Source: an uncultured Desulfosarcina sp. (GTDB lineage: Bacteria > Desulfobacterota > Desulfobacteria > Desulfobacterales > Desulfosarcinaceae). From it: a stretch of DNA of 64,000 bases. The stretch spans positions 1,344,001 through 1,408,000 of the forward strand of contig CAXXWQ010000004.1 of NCBI GenBank assembly GCA_963674945.2. Reading direction: 5' to 3'. Position 1 is the stretch's first letter; every line of letters begins with the position of its first letter. Shown one piece after another: positions 48,522-59,267 of this stretch. The notes beneath the pieces were generated by a model. The model was not told the origin of the DNA. It saw only the letters and a list, made by a program, of their open reading frames with translations, and did not search any database. The position numbers and the translations under genes are program-made.

Positions 48522-49175
48522 TTACTCGGCGTCAGGTGCTTCCGTTGCATCGGCAGCTTCGGCACCTTCTTCGGCCATCTCTTCCTCTTCACCCTCTTCC
48601 TCTTCCTCTTCTTCCACCTTAGTGGAAAGGATCGTCAGAATGGTGAAATTGACGTCTGCGGCGATCTCTATATCGCCTTCCAGTTCCAGATCTTCCACAT
48701 GGAAGGAATCACCGATATCCATATCGGTGATGTCGATGACAATATTTTCGGGGATTTGATCGGGCAGGCAAAACACCTCCAACTCCCGACGGATGATCTG
48801 CAGCATCCCGCCCATTTCCACGCCAACGCTCTTACCGGTGGTTGTCACCGGCACCATGACTTTGATCTTGTGATCCATGGAAACTTCGTACAGATCCAAA
48901 TGAAGCAGCTTCTGGTTGACGGGATTGCGTTGTATTTCTTTGATCATTACGTTGCGGTCACCGCCGGTGCCTTCGATTTCCAGCTTCAACAATTTCTGTG
49001 CAACGGCACCTTTTTTGAAAATCGGATCGAGGGCCGTTTTATCGATTGTCAGCTTGATCGGCTCTGTTTTGGGACCGTATAAAATGGCGGGTATCTTTTC
49101 CTTGGCCCGCAGAACTCTTGCGGGACCGTTTCCCACAGACACCCGCTGACTCGCTTTTAAATGCATTATCTCCAA
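48522..49175 (-). CDS. rplY: 50S ribosomal protein L25/Ctc
   Basis: IPAILYG, HLDLY, acidic tail; prs-rplY-pth order. Confidence 0.94.
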   Translation of the reverse strand: MEIMHLKASQRVSVGNGPARVLRAKEKIPAILYGPKTEPIKLTIDKTALDPIFKKGAVAQKLLKLEIEGTGGDRNVMIKEIQRNPVNQKLLHLDLYEVSMDHKIKVMVPVTTTGKSVGVEMGGMLQIIRRELEVFCLPDQIPENIVIDITDMDIGDSFHVEDLELEGDIEIAADVNFTILTILSTKVEEEEEEEGEEEEMAEEGAEAADATEAPDAE

Positions 49176-49197
49176 AGGTCTGTACCTCCTTATTGGA

Positions 49198-50148
49198 TTA
49201 CACGAACAGGGATGTTACCGAATCCCCGGTGTAACTTCTGATGATGGCCTCCCCCACAAGATTGGATATGGAAAGCACTTTTATTTTCTGGCAAGATTTC
49301 GCCTTGGAATTCAATGGAATGGTATCCGTGCAAACGATGCTGGTGATAGGAGATGAATTGAGTCGCTCCACGGCGGGACCGGAGAGCACCGGATGGGTAC
49401 AGCAAGCGTGGACCTCCCGGGCCCCTTTTTCCACGAGTGCATTCACGGCTTCCATCATGGTACCGGCGGTATCGATCATGTCGTCTTGAATGATGACGGT
49501 CTTATCCTTCACTTCACCGATTACCGCCATGGCCTTGGCCTGGTTGGGAGCCGAACGTCGTTTGTCGATGATGGCCAAACCGGCATCGAGGCGCTTGGCA
49601 AAGGCACGGGCACGCTCCACACCACCAGCATCGGGGGAAACGACCACCAAACCTTCTCGAAATTTGTTTTTTAGGTATTCCAACAACACCGGTGCTGCAT
49701 ACAGGTTGTCAACCGGAATATTGAAGAATCCCTGAATCTGGCCGGCGTGGAGATCCATGGTGATCACCCGGGTGGCACCTGCTGTCGTCAACAGATCGGC
49801 GACGAGCTTGGCACTGATGGGTACCCGAGGCGCAACTTTTTTGTCCTGGCGGGCATATCCATAGTAGGGAATAACCGCGGTGATCCGACGTGCCGACGCC
49901 CGTTTCAGCGCATCCACCACGAGGAGAAGCTCCACGAGGTTGTCGTTTACCGGGTCACACGTGGATTGGACTACGAAGACATCTTTGGTTCGTACATTGT
50001 CTTCGATTTCGACTTGGATCTCGCCGTCGCTGAAACGATTCACGAGTGCGCCACACAAGGGACGGTCCAAATAACCGGCGATCTTGTCCGCCAGATCCGG
50101 ATTGGAATTGCCTGTGAAAATACAGAAATTATTCTTTTTTGAGGCCAC
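49198..50148 (-). CDS. prs: Ribose-phosphate pyrophosphokinase
   Basis: [42 protein letters not shown]. Confidence 0.97.
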   Translation of the reverse strand: MASKKNNFCIFTGNSNPDLADKIAGYLDRPLCGALVNRFSDGEIQVEIEDNVRTKDVFVVQSTCDPVNDNLVELLLVVDALKRASARRITAVIPYYGYARQDKKVAPRVPISAKLVADLLTTAGATRVITMDLHAGQIQGFFNIPVDNLYAAPVLLEYLKNKFREGLVVVSPDAGGVERARAFAKRLDAGLAIIDKRRSAPNQAKAMAVIGEVKDKTVIIQDDMIDTAGTMMEAVNALVEKGAREVHACCTHPVLSGPAVERLNSSPITSIVCTDTIPLNSKAKSCQKIKVLSISNLVGEAIIRSYTGDSVTSLFV

Positions 50149-50178
50149 TTTCTGAACGCGACTCCTGTTACGAAAAAA

Positions 50179-50253
50179 TGGCTGGGGCGGGAGGATTCGA
50201 ACCTCCGAATGCAGGAACCAAAATCCTGTGTCTTTCCACTTGACGACGCCCCA
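50179..50253 (-). tRNA. tRNA-Gln(TTG)
   Basis: TGGGGCG/CGCCCCA acceptor stem, anticodon TTG, GGTTCGAATCC T-loop, CCA; ispE-tRNA-Gln-prs order. Confidence 0.96.
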
Positions 50254-50301
50254 ACAAAAAAATGCCGGTGTCTGAATCCGGACCCAGATGACGACCGGCC
50301 C

Positions 50302-51174
50302 TCATGTCAACAAATCCGCGACATAAAGCGCCCAATTTTGACTTTGATGATTGTTTTGTAACGCTTTACAAGCTGATTCGGCTCGATGGGAATCTTCGAA
50401 AAGCCCGAATACCGTCGAACCACTGCCAGACATCGACGCCCCAGCCGCGCCATTGGCCAGCAGCAGACGCTTTACCTCATTGATGACCGGAAACGCCGCA
50501 GCCGTCACGGATTCCAGGTCGTTCACCAGCTGTGTGGCGACGTTGAAAAACCGACCATCAAAGTGGAATTTTTTAAGGTCTTTTTCAACTTTTGTCAATC
50601 GTAAATTAAGATTTTTATAAACCCATTGCGTCGATACGGCCAAGTCTGGATAGACCATCAATGCTGTCCAGGGAAGAGTGTGGACAAAGGGTTCGAGCCG
50701 ATCTCCGATACCCGTTGCCACGGCAGGCCTGCCCAGCAAAAAAAAAGGGACGTCGGCGCCCAGCCGGGAAGCCACTTCCACCAGGACAGGCTTGGCGATC
50801 GGTCGGCCAAATTGATCGTTCAAGGCGGATAAGACCGCGGCGGCATCGCTGCTACCACCGCCGAGTCCCGCTCCGACGGGAATTTTCTTTTCGATGTGAA
50901 TGGCCACGCCACCCGATGGTGGAATTTTTCCATTGAAAGCGACATCGTAAAAGCGAAGAGCCGCTTTGGCCGTTAGATTCGATTCGTCTCCGGGAACCAT
51001 CGGGTGGTCACAGGTGACGGAAATTGTATCACCACCGATGGTCAAGGAAAGGGTATCATACAGGGCGACCGGACACATGAGGGAGACAAGGTCGTGATAG
51101 CCATCCGGACGCTTGCCGACGATTCGAAGAAACAGATTGATCTTCGCCGGCGCTTTAAGGGTAACCGATACCAT
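50302..51174 (-). CDS. ispE: 4-diphosphocytidyl-2-C-methyl-D-erythritol kinase
   Basis: APAKINLFL, IPVGAGLGGGSSDAA, GADVPFF, MSGSGS. Confidence 0.96.
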   Translation of the reverse strand: MVSVTLKAPAKINLFLRIVGKRPDGYHDLVSLMCPVALYDTLSLTIGGDTISVTCDHPMVPGDESNLTAKAALRFYDVAFNGKIPPSGGVAIHIEKKIPVGAGLGGGSSDAAAVLSALNDQFGRPIAKPVLVEVASRLGADVPFFLLGRPAVATGIGDRLEPFVHTLPWTALMVYPDLAVSTQWVYKNLNLRLTKVEKDLKKFHFDGRFFNVATQLVNDLESVTAAAFPVINEVKRLLLANGAAGASMSGSGSTVFGLFEDSHRAESACKALQNNHQSQNWALYVADLLT

Positions 51175-51350
51175 GGTTGACGAACTCGCAAAAAACTTTT
51201 CCAGGCCAAAAATAACCAAATAACAGTATTACAAGAGTAACGCATTCTTCCATCATTTGGTCGATGGATAGGAAACGCTTTTTATAAAAAGTCGATTTGA
51301 ATTTGTTTGATGAAGGAGTTCCCTGTACGTCGGATTTCGGATGTCTGGCC

Positions 51351-51659
51351 CTACCCGGTCTCCTTCACATAGTGAATCCGAAGATCATAAAGGATATTTT
51401 TCAGCATGGCGGCCTCGTCCTTGTCCAGATTTCCCCTCGTTTTTTCTTCGAGCATGGAAAGGATGTCGATGGTCTGTTTCGCCATGGCCAGATCCTTTGT
51501 TTTCTTCCCGCTTAGGGGGTCATCCATCATACCCAGTTGGACCAATGCCGACGAGTTGAGAGAGAAAATAAAAGTCGCAAAATTAATCGCAGGCAAGGGT
51601 GAACCCGTCCTTTTGCCCGGGGCCGTGGTCGCTTTGTTCTCCTGGTTTTCTTCTACCAT
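51351..51659 (-). CDS. DUF1844-like protein
   Basis: INFATFIFSL...AKQTIDILSMLEEKTRGNL...LYDLR. Confidence 0.8.
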   Translation of the reverse strand: MVEENQENKATTAPGKRTGSPLPAINFATFIFSLNSSALVQLGMMDDPLSGKKTKDLAMAKQTIDILSMLEEKTRGNLDKDEAAMLKNILYDLRIHYVKETG

Positions 51660-51671
51660 GACCAAGTTTCC

Positions 51672-53252
51672 TTAAAATTCGAGTGGGGTGACTGTTTTTA
51701 CCAGAGAAAGGTGTCGCATCTCCTCGACCACATTTTCGGGAATGGGGGTATCGGTGGTCAGGAAAATGATGTTTCTGTCTCCATCCTCCTCTTGGCCCAC
51801 CTGCATCCGGCCGATATTGATGTTGTACCGGCCCAAAGTGGTACCGATCTCTCCAATGGAGCCTGGCTTGTCGATATTTTGAATCAACGCCATGTGACCG
51901 TGGGGAATCATCTCCAGCCGGAACTTATCGATCTTGACGATCCGTGGTTCCTTCTTTCCAAAAATTGTTCCGGAAACGACGCTTTCCATCTCGGTGGTAA
52001 TGGCGCGGACGGTAATCTGGTTCACGTAATAATCCGACTCGGCACTGCTCGTTTCCGTCACCTTGATGCCCCGCTGCTGGGCCAGGACCTGGGCGTTGAC
52101 ATAGTTGACGTCGTCTTTGACCACCGGGGTCAGAATTCCTTTGAGCACCGCCGTCGACACGGGAGTCAGGTCCAGATCCTCAAAATCGCCGTGAAACTCG
52201 ACGATCACTTCCTTGATGGGGCCCTTGACCAGCTGCGCCTGTAAGCAACCCATACGATCGGCCAGCGTCAGGTAGGGACCGATTCTTTCCAGTACTTCTC
52301 CGGTAACCGATGGCATATTCACCGCATTGGTGACGGTACCAACGGTCAGAAGATCGATAATCTGCCGGGCAATGGCCACGGCCACATTGGTCTGCGCCTC
52401 CTTTGTGGAAGCACCCAAATGGGGAGTACAAATCACCCGTTCATGGGTGATCAGGGGGGTCAGCCCCGGCGGTTCAGTCTCGAACACATCCAGGGCCGCC
52501 CCTGCCACCTTACCCGAAACCAGTGCATCGTAAAGCGCCGCCTCGTTGACAATGCCGCCCCGGGCACAATTGATCACCATCACGCCGGGCTTCATTTTTT
52601 CAAATGCAGCCGCATCGAGCATCCCGATGGTATTTTTCAGCTTGGGAACATGAACGGAAATATAGTCGGCGCGAGCGTAGAGGTCGTTTAATTCGACGCA
52701 CTCGAATCCGGCTTTTTGAATCATATCGGGTGTGACGAAAGGATCGTGAATGATCACGTTCATCTTCAGCCCACGGGCACGGTCAGCCACAATGGCTCCG
52801 ATCTTTCCATACCCGATGATACCCAGCACCTTGTTGAAAAGCTCCCGCCCCTGTAGCTTTTTCTTCTCCCAACGGCCATCTCGCAGGGAAGCGGTTCCCA
52901 TGGGAATATTGCGGGTCAAGGCCAGCATCATGGCGATGGCGTGTTCCGCCGTTGTGACCACATTGCCGGTAGGCGTGTTCATTACCACGACGCCGTGACA
53001 CGTGGCTGCCGGGATGTCTACATTGTCGAGACCAATGCCGGCGCGACCGACCACCTTGAGACGCTTCGCCGCTTGTAAAAGATCTTCGGACACCTTGGTG
53101 GCGCTGCGAATCACCAAGGCGTCATAGTCTCCGATGATCGCTTTCAGGGCCTCCGGTGCAAGACCCGTTTTTACGTCAACCTCAATTCCCTGGGCATCCT
53201 GGAACATTTGGATGCCATCCTCACCCAGATTGTCACTTACCAGCACCTTCAT
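51672..53252 (-). CDS. serA: D-3-phosphoglycerate dehydrogenase (with ASB and ACT domains)
   Basis: RSATKV, GRAGIGLDNVD, GYGKIG, TPHLGAST, C-terminal DKPGSIG. Confidence 0.96.
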   Translation of the reverse strand: MKVLVSDNLGEDGIQMFQDAQGIEVDVKTGLAPEALKAIIGDYDALVIRSATKVSEDLLQAAKRLKVVGRAGIGLDNVDIPAATCHGVVVMNTPTGNVVTTAEHAIAMMLALTRNIPMGTASLRDGRWEKKKLQGRELFNKVLGIIGYGKIGAIVADRARGLKMNVIIHDPFVTPDMIQKAGFECVELNDLYARADYISVHVPKLKNTIGMLDAAAFEKMKPGVMVINCARGGIVNEAALYDALVSGKVAGAALDVFETEPPGLTPLITHERVICTPHLGASTKEAQTNVAVAIARQIIDLLTVGTVTNAVNMPSVTGEVLERIGPYLTLADRMGCLQAQLVKGPIKEVIVEFHGDFEDLDLTPVSTAVLKGILTPVVKDDVNYVNAQVLAQQRGIKVTETSSAESDYYVNQITVRAITTEMESVVSGTIFGKKEPRIVKIDKFRLEMIPHGHMALIQNIDKPGSIGEIGTTLGRYNINIGRMQVGQEEDGDRNIIFLTTDTPIPENVVEEMRHLSLVKTVTPLEF

Positions 53253-53432
53253 TGCCTGCTTCCTTCTGCGTAACGGGTTTGTTGGCGATACGTGGGGAAA
53301 GCCCATAACTCCTTATGATCATATGGAAAAACAAAAGCCTATTTGCATTTCGATCGAGTAGGTATAGTAGTGAAAAGAATCGGAATATTCAACCCATAAT
53401 TTTCCCCAAGGCGCCCTCTCGTACCGCTCTTT

Positions 53433-53849
53433 TCAGGATAAGGATGACTCGTGTCCCCCTTCAAGCCAGGGTGTGATGGCCACCCGTTCATTTTCCAATA
53501 TGGGCCGCCAACTGACCGTATGATTGGTAAGGGCATCATGGTATCTGGGAGTAAAGACCGCTACATACATGTCGTCCGGAAGATGTGCGAATGTTTCCAC
53601 CCACAAAAGATCCTTCACCTGAAGATTGAAATCCGAAAGGATTCGTTTGCCCAGACTTTCCGCACAACTCGTTTTGAAAAAACCACCCTCTTGTGCTTTT
53701 GCCAGGAGGGCAAACGGTCGAATATGGGGGTGATTGGGATCGGAAAGGGATAAATCGACAATCTTCACGTGCCAGGCACAAGCATGGGCCGGATTCGCCC
53801 CCGGGTCGTCTTTTCTCTCGAGTTTATAAATTCCATCGAAGAGCAACAT
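53433..53849 (-). CDS. Hypothetical protein
   Basis: ORF with GAGGA RBS, fills the gap between serA and the divergent ligase. Confidence 0.65.
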   Translation of the reverse strand: MLLFDGIYKLERKDDPGANPAHACAWHVKIVDLSLSDPNHPHIRPFALLAKAQEGGFFKTSCAESLGKRILSDFNLQVKDLLWVETFAHLPDDMYVAVFTPRYHDALTNHTVSWRPILENERVAITPWLEGGHESSLS

Positions 53850-54011
53850 CGGATCCTCATTTCTTCCAGTACACAAGATGTGTTCCTTGATTGCATTTTG
53901 ACATTTTGCTATTGTCCCATTTTTGCAAAACAGCGGTTCACCATTGCGGGTCGCAACACATTCCCTTCAATCGAAAGGGGCAACCGGAAAAACCACCCGA
54001 GGACATTGACG

Positions 54012-55595
54012 ATGCTCATCACCGAAATCCTGGCCCGAAACGCCAGAATGTATGGCAGCGAGACCGCACTCATCGAGAGAGAGCCGGAAAAAAAGCACCG
54101 CCAAGAGATCGATTGGCGTACCTTCGACGACCGTGCAAACGCCATTGCCCAGGGCCTTTTGGCCAAGGGCATCAGAAAAGGGGATCGCGTCATTCACCTG
54201 ATGATGAACGGCATCCAGTGGCTGCCCGTCTATTTTGGCATTCTTAGAACCGGCGCATGGGCGGTTCCCCTAAATTTTCGGTTCGTCGCAAAAACCATTG
54301 CCAATTGCACCCGTATGGCGAAAGCCAAGGCCTTCATTTTTGGTGACGAATTCGTGGAACGGGTTTCGCAGATCCGGAATGAGATCGAAGATACCGTTCA
54401 CACTTTTATCTATACGGGGCAGGAAAATCAATGTCCAAATTGGGCAACCCCGCTGGACAAATTGATTGCCGATCACCCTTGTAGCGACCCGAAGGTTCCG
54501 TTGGCATTGACCGACGACGCAGCCCTCTACTTCACCTCCGGAACCACCGGCACGCCGAAGGCCACCTTGTTGACCCACCGAAACCTGGAACATGCCTGCT
54601 ACGTGGAAAACCGTCACCACAACCAGACCCATGGCGACAATTTTCTCTGCATCCCCCCCCTTTATCATACGGGTGCCAAAATGCACTGGTTCGGAAATTT
54701 CATCGTCGGCGCCAAGGCGGTGATTTTAAAAGGCATCGATCCACGGTGGATATTGGAAGCGGTCTCCGAGGAGAAGGTAACCATCGTATGGCTGCTTGTC
54801 CCGTGGGCCATGGATATTTTGTTTGCCATCGAAAGCGGTGAACTGAAATTGCATCAATATCAATTGGATCAGTGGCGTCTCATGCACATCGGCGCCCAAC
54901 CGGTTCCCGCTAGTCTGATCAAAGAATGGCGTAAGATTTTCCCCGATCATCAATACGATACCAATTACGGCCTCACGGAGAGCACCGGTCCCGGCTGTAT
55001 CCACCTGGGTCTTGAAAACATGCACAAGGTGGGCTCCATCGGCATTCCCGGTTTCGACTGGGAGTTTCGGATCGTCGACGATCATTTGACCCCGGTCGAT
55101 CCCGGATGTCCCGGCGAACTGATCATCAAGGGGCCCGGCGTGATGAAAGAATATTACATGAATGCAGAGGCGACGGAAGCCGCCATGAAAGACGGGTGGC
55201 TGCTCACCGGTGACGTCGCCCGGCAGGATGAAGACGGATTTATCTGGCTGGTGGATCGCAAAAAAGACGTCATCATCACCGGCGGTGAAAATATCTATCC
55301 GGTGGAGATCGAAGATTTTCTCATGGGACATCCGAAAGTCCAGGATGCGGCGGTAATCGGCCTTCCCAGCTTGCGGCTGGGCGAGATCGCCACGGCCATC
55401 ATCCAGGCAAAACCCGGCCATGAATTGACCAAGGCACAAATCGACGATTATTGCAGTGCCCTGGCCCGTTTCAAGCGCCCGAGAAAGATCATATTCGACG
55501 ACGTACCGAGAAATCCCACCGGAAAGATCGAAAAACCCAAACTGCGAAAAAAATATGGGGGGGCGACGGAGAGTTTTTTGTCGGAAAAAAAATGA
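54012..55595 (+). CDS. AMP-binding acyl-CoA synthetase (class I adenylate-forming)
   Basis: YFTSGTTGTPK, YGLTE, TGD, DRKKDVIITGGENIYP, PRNPTGKI. Confidence 0.93.
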   Translation: MLITEILARNARMYGSETALIEREPEKKHRQEIDWRTFDDRANAIAQGLLAKGIRKGDRVIHLMMNGIQWLPVYFGILRTGAWAVPLNFRFVAKTIANCTRMAKAKAFIFGDEFVERVSQIRNEIEDTVHTFIYTGQENQCPNWATPLDKLIADHPCSDPKVPLALTDDAALYFTSGTTGTPKATLLTHRNLEHACYVENRHHNQTHGDNFLCIPPLYHTGAKMHWFGNFIVGAKAVILKGIDPRWILEAVSEEKVTIVWLLVPWAMDILFAIESGELKLHQYQLDQWRLMHIGAQPVPASLIKEWRKIFPDHQYDTNYGLTESTGPGCIHLGLENMHKVGSIGIPGFDWEFRIVDDHLTPVDPGCPGELIIKGPGVMKEYYMNAEATEAAMKDGWLLTGDVARQDEDGFIWLVDRKKDVIITGGENIYPVEIEDFLMGHPKVQDAAVIGLPSLRLGEIATAIIQAKPGHELTKAQIDDYCSALARFKRPRKIIFDDVPRNPTGKIEKPKLRKKYGGATESFLSEKK

Positions 55596-55632
55596 GTGTT
55601 TTTGATCGGCGCGGTAAATACCGCAAAGATCA

Positions 55633-55867
55633 CAGTGTTAAGTGGTTACGTTTTAAGGGAAGAATAAAGATTCGATTTATATATCGAAAGCATTCCTTAA
55701 CTTATTAGTCTCAGTCGCCCAGAAATAGGAAAATTTGGTCGAGATCGAAGCGCAAGAAAAATTTTATCGGAGGCATATGGTTAATATTCCGAGGATAAAA
55801 TTTTTCTTGCAACAAAGATATCGGGCAAATTGGCCATTTCTGGGCATTAGCTTAACACTTAACACTG
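55633..55867. repeat. Heptamer-armed element (family C, copy 3, inverted) containing a nested family B copy
   Basis: Perfect 12-bp ends CAGTGTTAAGTG / CACTTAACACTG. Confidence 0.75.
55717..55845. repeat. MITE-like family B copy (129-bp imperfect palindrome)
   Basis: GCCCAGAAAT...ATTTCTGGGC ends; inner stem GCAAGAAAAATTTTATC / GATAAAATTTTTCTTGC. Confidence 0.8.
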
Positions 55868-55873
55868 AGTTGT

Positions 55874-57793
55874 CTATTTATTATCTTTCACCTCTTCGAA
55901 ATCGGCATCCACAACATCATCATCATTTTTGGCAGCCTGTTCACCGGCATCCGGCCCCATGTCCGGTCCGGCCTGGGCACCGGCTTCCGAGGCCTGCTTG
56001 TACATGGCTTCGGCGACCTTATGGGAGGCCTGGGTAAGCTCCTCGCTGAGTCGTTGGATCTCCTGGACATCATCTCCTTCCATGGCCTTTTTCAAGGCGG
56101 TGGATGCGGTTTCGATATTGCTTCGGGTGGCATCGTCGACTTTGTTGCCGAGATCCTTTAAGGATTTTTCGGTCGTGTAAATAAGGGTGTCCGCATGGTT
56201 TCGTGCCTCGACGAGTTCCCTCTTCTTTTTGTCTTCATCGGCGTGCAATTCGGCGTCTTTGATCAGCTGATCGATCTCTTCCTTGGAAAGACCGCTGGAG
56301 GCCGTAATCTGGATGGACTGCTCCTTTCCCGTGGCTATATCCTTGGCGGAGACGTTGACGATGCCGTTGGCGTCAATATCGAAGGTCACTTCGATCTGCG
56401 GAATGCCGCGGGGAGCGGGGGGTATGCCCACCAGTTCGAACCGCCCGAGGGTCTTGTTGCTGGCCGCCATCTCCCGTTCACCTTGCAGCACGTGGATGGA
56501 GACCGCCGGCTGGTTGTCTGCCGCCGTCGAGAACACCTGGCTTTTTCGCGTCGGGATGGTGGTATTTTTCTCGATAAGGCGCGTCATGACACCACCCAAT
56601 GTCTCGATGCCCAATGAAAGCGGGGTGACGTCGAGAAGCAGCACGTCTTTTACATCCCCCTTGAGCACGCCACCTTGAATGGCGGCACCCAGGGCGACCA
56701 CTTCGTCCGGATTGACGCCCTTGTGCGGTTCTTTTCCGAAGATCTTTTTGACCCTTTCCTGAACCGCTGGCATACGGGTCATGCCGCCGACAAGGATCAC
56801 CTCGTTGATATCGCCCGTGGAAAGACCGGCATCTTTCAAAGCAGTTCTGCAGGGCGGCTCCAGCTTGTCCAGAAGATCGGCCACCAACCCTTCCAGCTTT
56901 GCCCGGGTAATCTTGACGTTCAGGTGTTTGGGACCACTTGCATCGGCTGTGATAAACGGCAGATTCACGTCCGTCTCCATGGAGGAGGAGAGTTCCATCT
57001 TGGCTTTCTCCGCAGCCTCTTTAAGCCGCTGCAATGCCATCTTGTCGGCCCGCAGATCGATTCCCTGGTCTTTCTTGAATTCATTGGCGAGGTAATCGAT
57101 AATTCGCAGATCGAAATCTTCGCCGCCCAGATGGGTATCCCCGTTGGTGGCCTTCACCTCGAACACCCCTTCACCGATCTCGAGAATGGAAATGTCGAAG
57201 GTACCGCCACCCAAATCAAAGACTGCAATTTTCTCTTCGCTTCGTTTGTCCAATCCGTAGGCCAAGGATGCGGCCGTGGGCTCATTGATGATGCGCAGCA
57301 CGTTGAGCCCGGCGATCCTTCCGGCATCCTTGGTAGCCTGGCGCTGACTATCATTGAAATACGCCGGAACGGTGATGACGGCATCGGTGACCGTCTCTCC
57401 AAGGTAATCCTCGGCGTATTTTTTGATGTGTGCCAGGATAAAGGAGGAAATCTCCGCCGGGCTGTGGAGCTTGCCCCGCAAATCGATTCGGACATCCCCG
57501 TTTTCCGCCTGTTTAATATGGTAAGGAAGAATCTTGATGTCTTTTTGCACCTCGGGAGAGGCGAACTTTCTGCCGATCAGCCGTTTGACGGCAAATACCG
57601 TATTTTCCGGGTTCGTGATGGCCTGCCGCTTTGCCACCTGCCCGACGGTTCGTTCGTTGCTCTCGCTAACCGCCACGATGGACGGGGTAGTGCGACCACC
57701 CTCCTGGTTTGTAATCACTTTGGCGTCGCCGCCTTCCATAATGGCCACACAAGAATTGGTGGTCCCGAGATCAATTCCGATAATCTTACCCAT
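55874..57793 (-). CDS. dnaK: Chaperone DnaK
   Basis: [32 protein letters not shown]. Confidence 0.98.
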   Translation of the reverse strand: MGKIIGIDLGTTNSCVAIMEGGDAKVITNQEGGRTTPSIVAVSESNERTVGQVAKRQAITNPENTVFAVKRLIGRKFASPEVQKDIKILPYHIKQAENGDVRIDLRGKLHSPAEISSFILAHIKKYAEDYLGETVTDAVITVPAYFNDSQRQATKDAGRIAGLNVLRIINEPTAASLAYGLDKRSEEKIAVFDLGGGTFDISILEIGEGVFEVKATNGDTHLGGEDFDLRIIDYLANEFKKDQGIDLRADKMALQRLKEAAEKAKMELSSSMETDVNLPFITADASGPKHLNVKITRAKLEGLVADLLDKLEPPCRTALKDAGLSTGDINEVILVGGMTRMPAVQERVKKIFGKEPHKGVNPDEVVALGAAIQGGVLKGDVKDVLLLDVTPLSLGIETLGGVMTRLIEKNTTIPTRKSQVFSTAADNQPAVSIHVLQGEREMAASNKTLGRFELVGIPPAPRGIPQIEVTFDIDANGIVNVSAKDIATGKEQSIQITASSGLSKEEIDQLIKDAELHADEDKKKRELVEARNHADTLIYTTEKSLKDLGNKVDDATRSNIETASTALKKAMEGDDVQEIQRLSEELTQASHKVAEAMYKQASEAGAQAGPDMGPDAGEQAAKNDDDVVDADFEEVKDNK

Positions 57794-57846
57794 CTGCGTT
57801 CCTCCTTACCTTCGAAGATCCTTCGGTCATATTATTTAAGTTCTTG

Positions 57847-58506
57847 CTATGCTTTTGTATCGACACTTTTTTCGGCGGATTGTCCGTTTTGTGCGGCCTT
57901 TGAAACCACCACCATTGCCGGACGAAGCAGCCGGTCATGGATCAAATATCCCTTTTGAAACTCCTGCAACACGGTGTTCGGCGGATGTGCATCGCTCTCC
58001 TCCTGGCACATGGCCTGGTGAAACGAAGGATCGAATGGTTCACCCAGAGCCGTAATGGGGCTGACATGATGTTTCTCCAGAAGTTTCATGACATCATCCA
58101 ATGTCAAAGAGATGCCATCCACAACCCCCTTTTCGTTTTCACCGTTGGGTGTCGCCGAAGCGATGGCCCTTTCCAGGTTGTCTACAACGGTAAGCATCTG
58201 CCGGAGCAGATTCTCCGTGGCATACTTTTTCATATCCTCCAGTTCGCGAGCGGCCCGTTTCTTGTAGTTTTCAAACTCGGCGGCCATGCGGAGCATACGC
58301 TCATGGTTCTCCTTGGCTTCCTTCTGGGCTCGGGCGAGCTGCGCTTCCAAATCCGCCTCCCCTTCCGGGGCGACCTCGTCATTTCCCTCATCCGCATTCG
58401 TGTCGGACGATATGTTTTCCGTCTCCTGCACTTTTTTTTCGTCCTCGTCCTCAATCACAATTTTCTTCGTATTTGCCATCGGCTCCTGTGTCTCCTGGTT
58501 TTTCAT
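57847..58506 (-). CDS. grpE: Nucleotide exchange factor GrpE
   Basis: AEFENYKKR, FDPSFHQA, QKGYLIHDRLLRPAMV. Confidence 0.96.
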   Translation of the reverse strand: MKNQETQEPMANTKKIVIEDEDEKKVQETENISSDTNADEGNDEVAPEGEADLEAQLARAQKEAKENHERMLRMAAEFENYKKRAARELEDMKKYATENLLRQMLTVVDNLERAIASATPNGENEKGVVDGISLTLDDVMKLLEKHHVSPITALGEPFDPSFHQAMCQEESDAHPPNTVLQEFQKGYLIHDRLLRPAMVVVSKAAQNGQSAEKSVDTKA

Positions 58507-58600
58507 GATTGTCTCATCTTCACGGCGGTGGGGCCTCGATCATATTGAAACCCTTGAATATTAAGCTGTTGAATATGACCGGGTTGTAAATTTTGATAAA

Positions 58601-58628
58601 AAATAAGACCAGATGGTCGCTTGTCAAG
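58601..58628 (-). promoter_or_regulatory. Possible sigma32-like heat-shock promoter for grpE-dnaK
   Basis: CTTGAC-14 bp-TCTTATTT about 95 bp upstream of grpE; only a partial consensus match. Confidence 0.35.
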
Positions 58629-58711
58629 GAGACGTACGACCTCGAAGGAGGAATGATAAGGTATTGTAAATGTAACGGTTTGATGATGATGTAAAAGGCG
58701 GCGGGAAAGTT

Positions 58712-58960
58712 GGTTGTGCACCCCCCATCGAGATGATCCGATAAATCGGCGCCGAATTCTGACCGGGATCGATCCACGACACAGACCGCATCCCTTATCG
58801 CTGCTTCCTTCCGGACCTGACGAGGTTCGAGACCGTCTGTTGCATGGCGGCCGATCAGAGTGGCGCGATATGTTCGAAAAAACCCCTAAAGGGGGAGTTC
58901 AGCCCCGCATGAAGCGGATTTCGGGTAAAGGGCACCGCTGGCTCCCCGCCTAGCACAACC
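58712..58960 (-). ncRNA. ffs: Signal recognition particle RNA, large (Alu-domain-containing) type
   Basis: S-domain signature GTCAGGTCCGGAAGGAAGCAGC. 5' Alu-like GTGCTAGGCGGGGAG...GCGGTGCCCT as in Bacillus scRNA. Closing helix GGTTGTGC/GCACAACC; 249 nt. Confidence 0.93.
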
Positions 58961-59075
58961 GCCGTATCTATAGTACAATCACCGAAACCTTTTCAAGAGG
59001 GAAGTGATTTAAAATTTCCAACGATCTTGTAGTATTGACTTCACTCGTGTCATGCAATAAGTCTGTATCACCGAT

Positions 59076-59227
59076 GACAGCTTTGTAAAAAGTCCGATAT
59101 CTGCGTTACGCTTCATCCCTCGTCACTGCGGAGTACTATGTGTACGCCTCATTCCTCGGGATTCGCAAGCCTTGATCTCGAACTTTTTACATAGCCGTCC
59201 AAAATCCGACGTTTTACGAGTTCATCA
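59076..59227. repeat. MITE-like family A, full copy with an extra degenerate right end
   Basis: TIRs GACAGCTTTGTAAAAAGT (59076-59093) / ACTTTTTACATAGCCGTC (59182-59199), 16/18 match. Second end-like GACGTTTTACGAGTTCATCA running to 59227. Confidence 0.8.
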
Positions 59228-59267
59228 CCCATGGGCCAGAAAAAATGATTCGAAGGAGTCACGCGAG

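Noticed and set aside
56675..57958. 427-aa plus-strand ORF opposite dnaK
   Set aside because: Long antisense ORFs opposite dnaK are a known artefact of its codon usage.
58520..58953. Short ORFs upstream of grpE
   Set aside because: They overlap the SRP RNA gene and promoter region and have no coding features.
59172..59267. N-terminal extension of the DUF3568-like lipoprotein
   Set aside because: The extension starts inside the MITE; the RBS and signal peptide point to ATG 59268.
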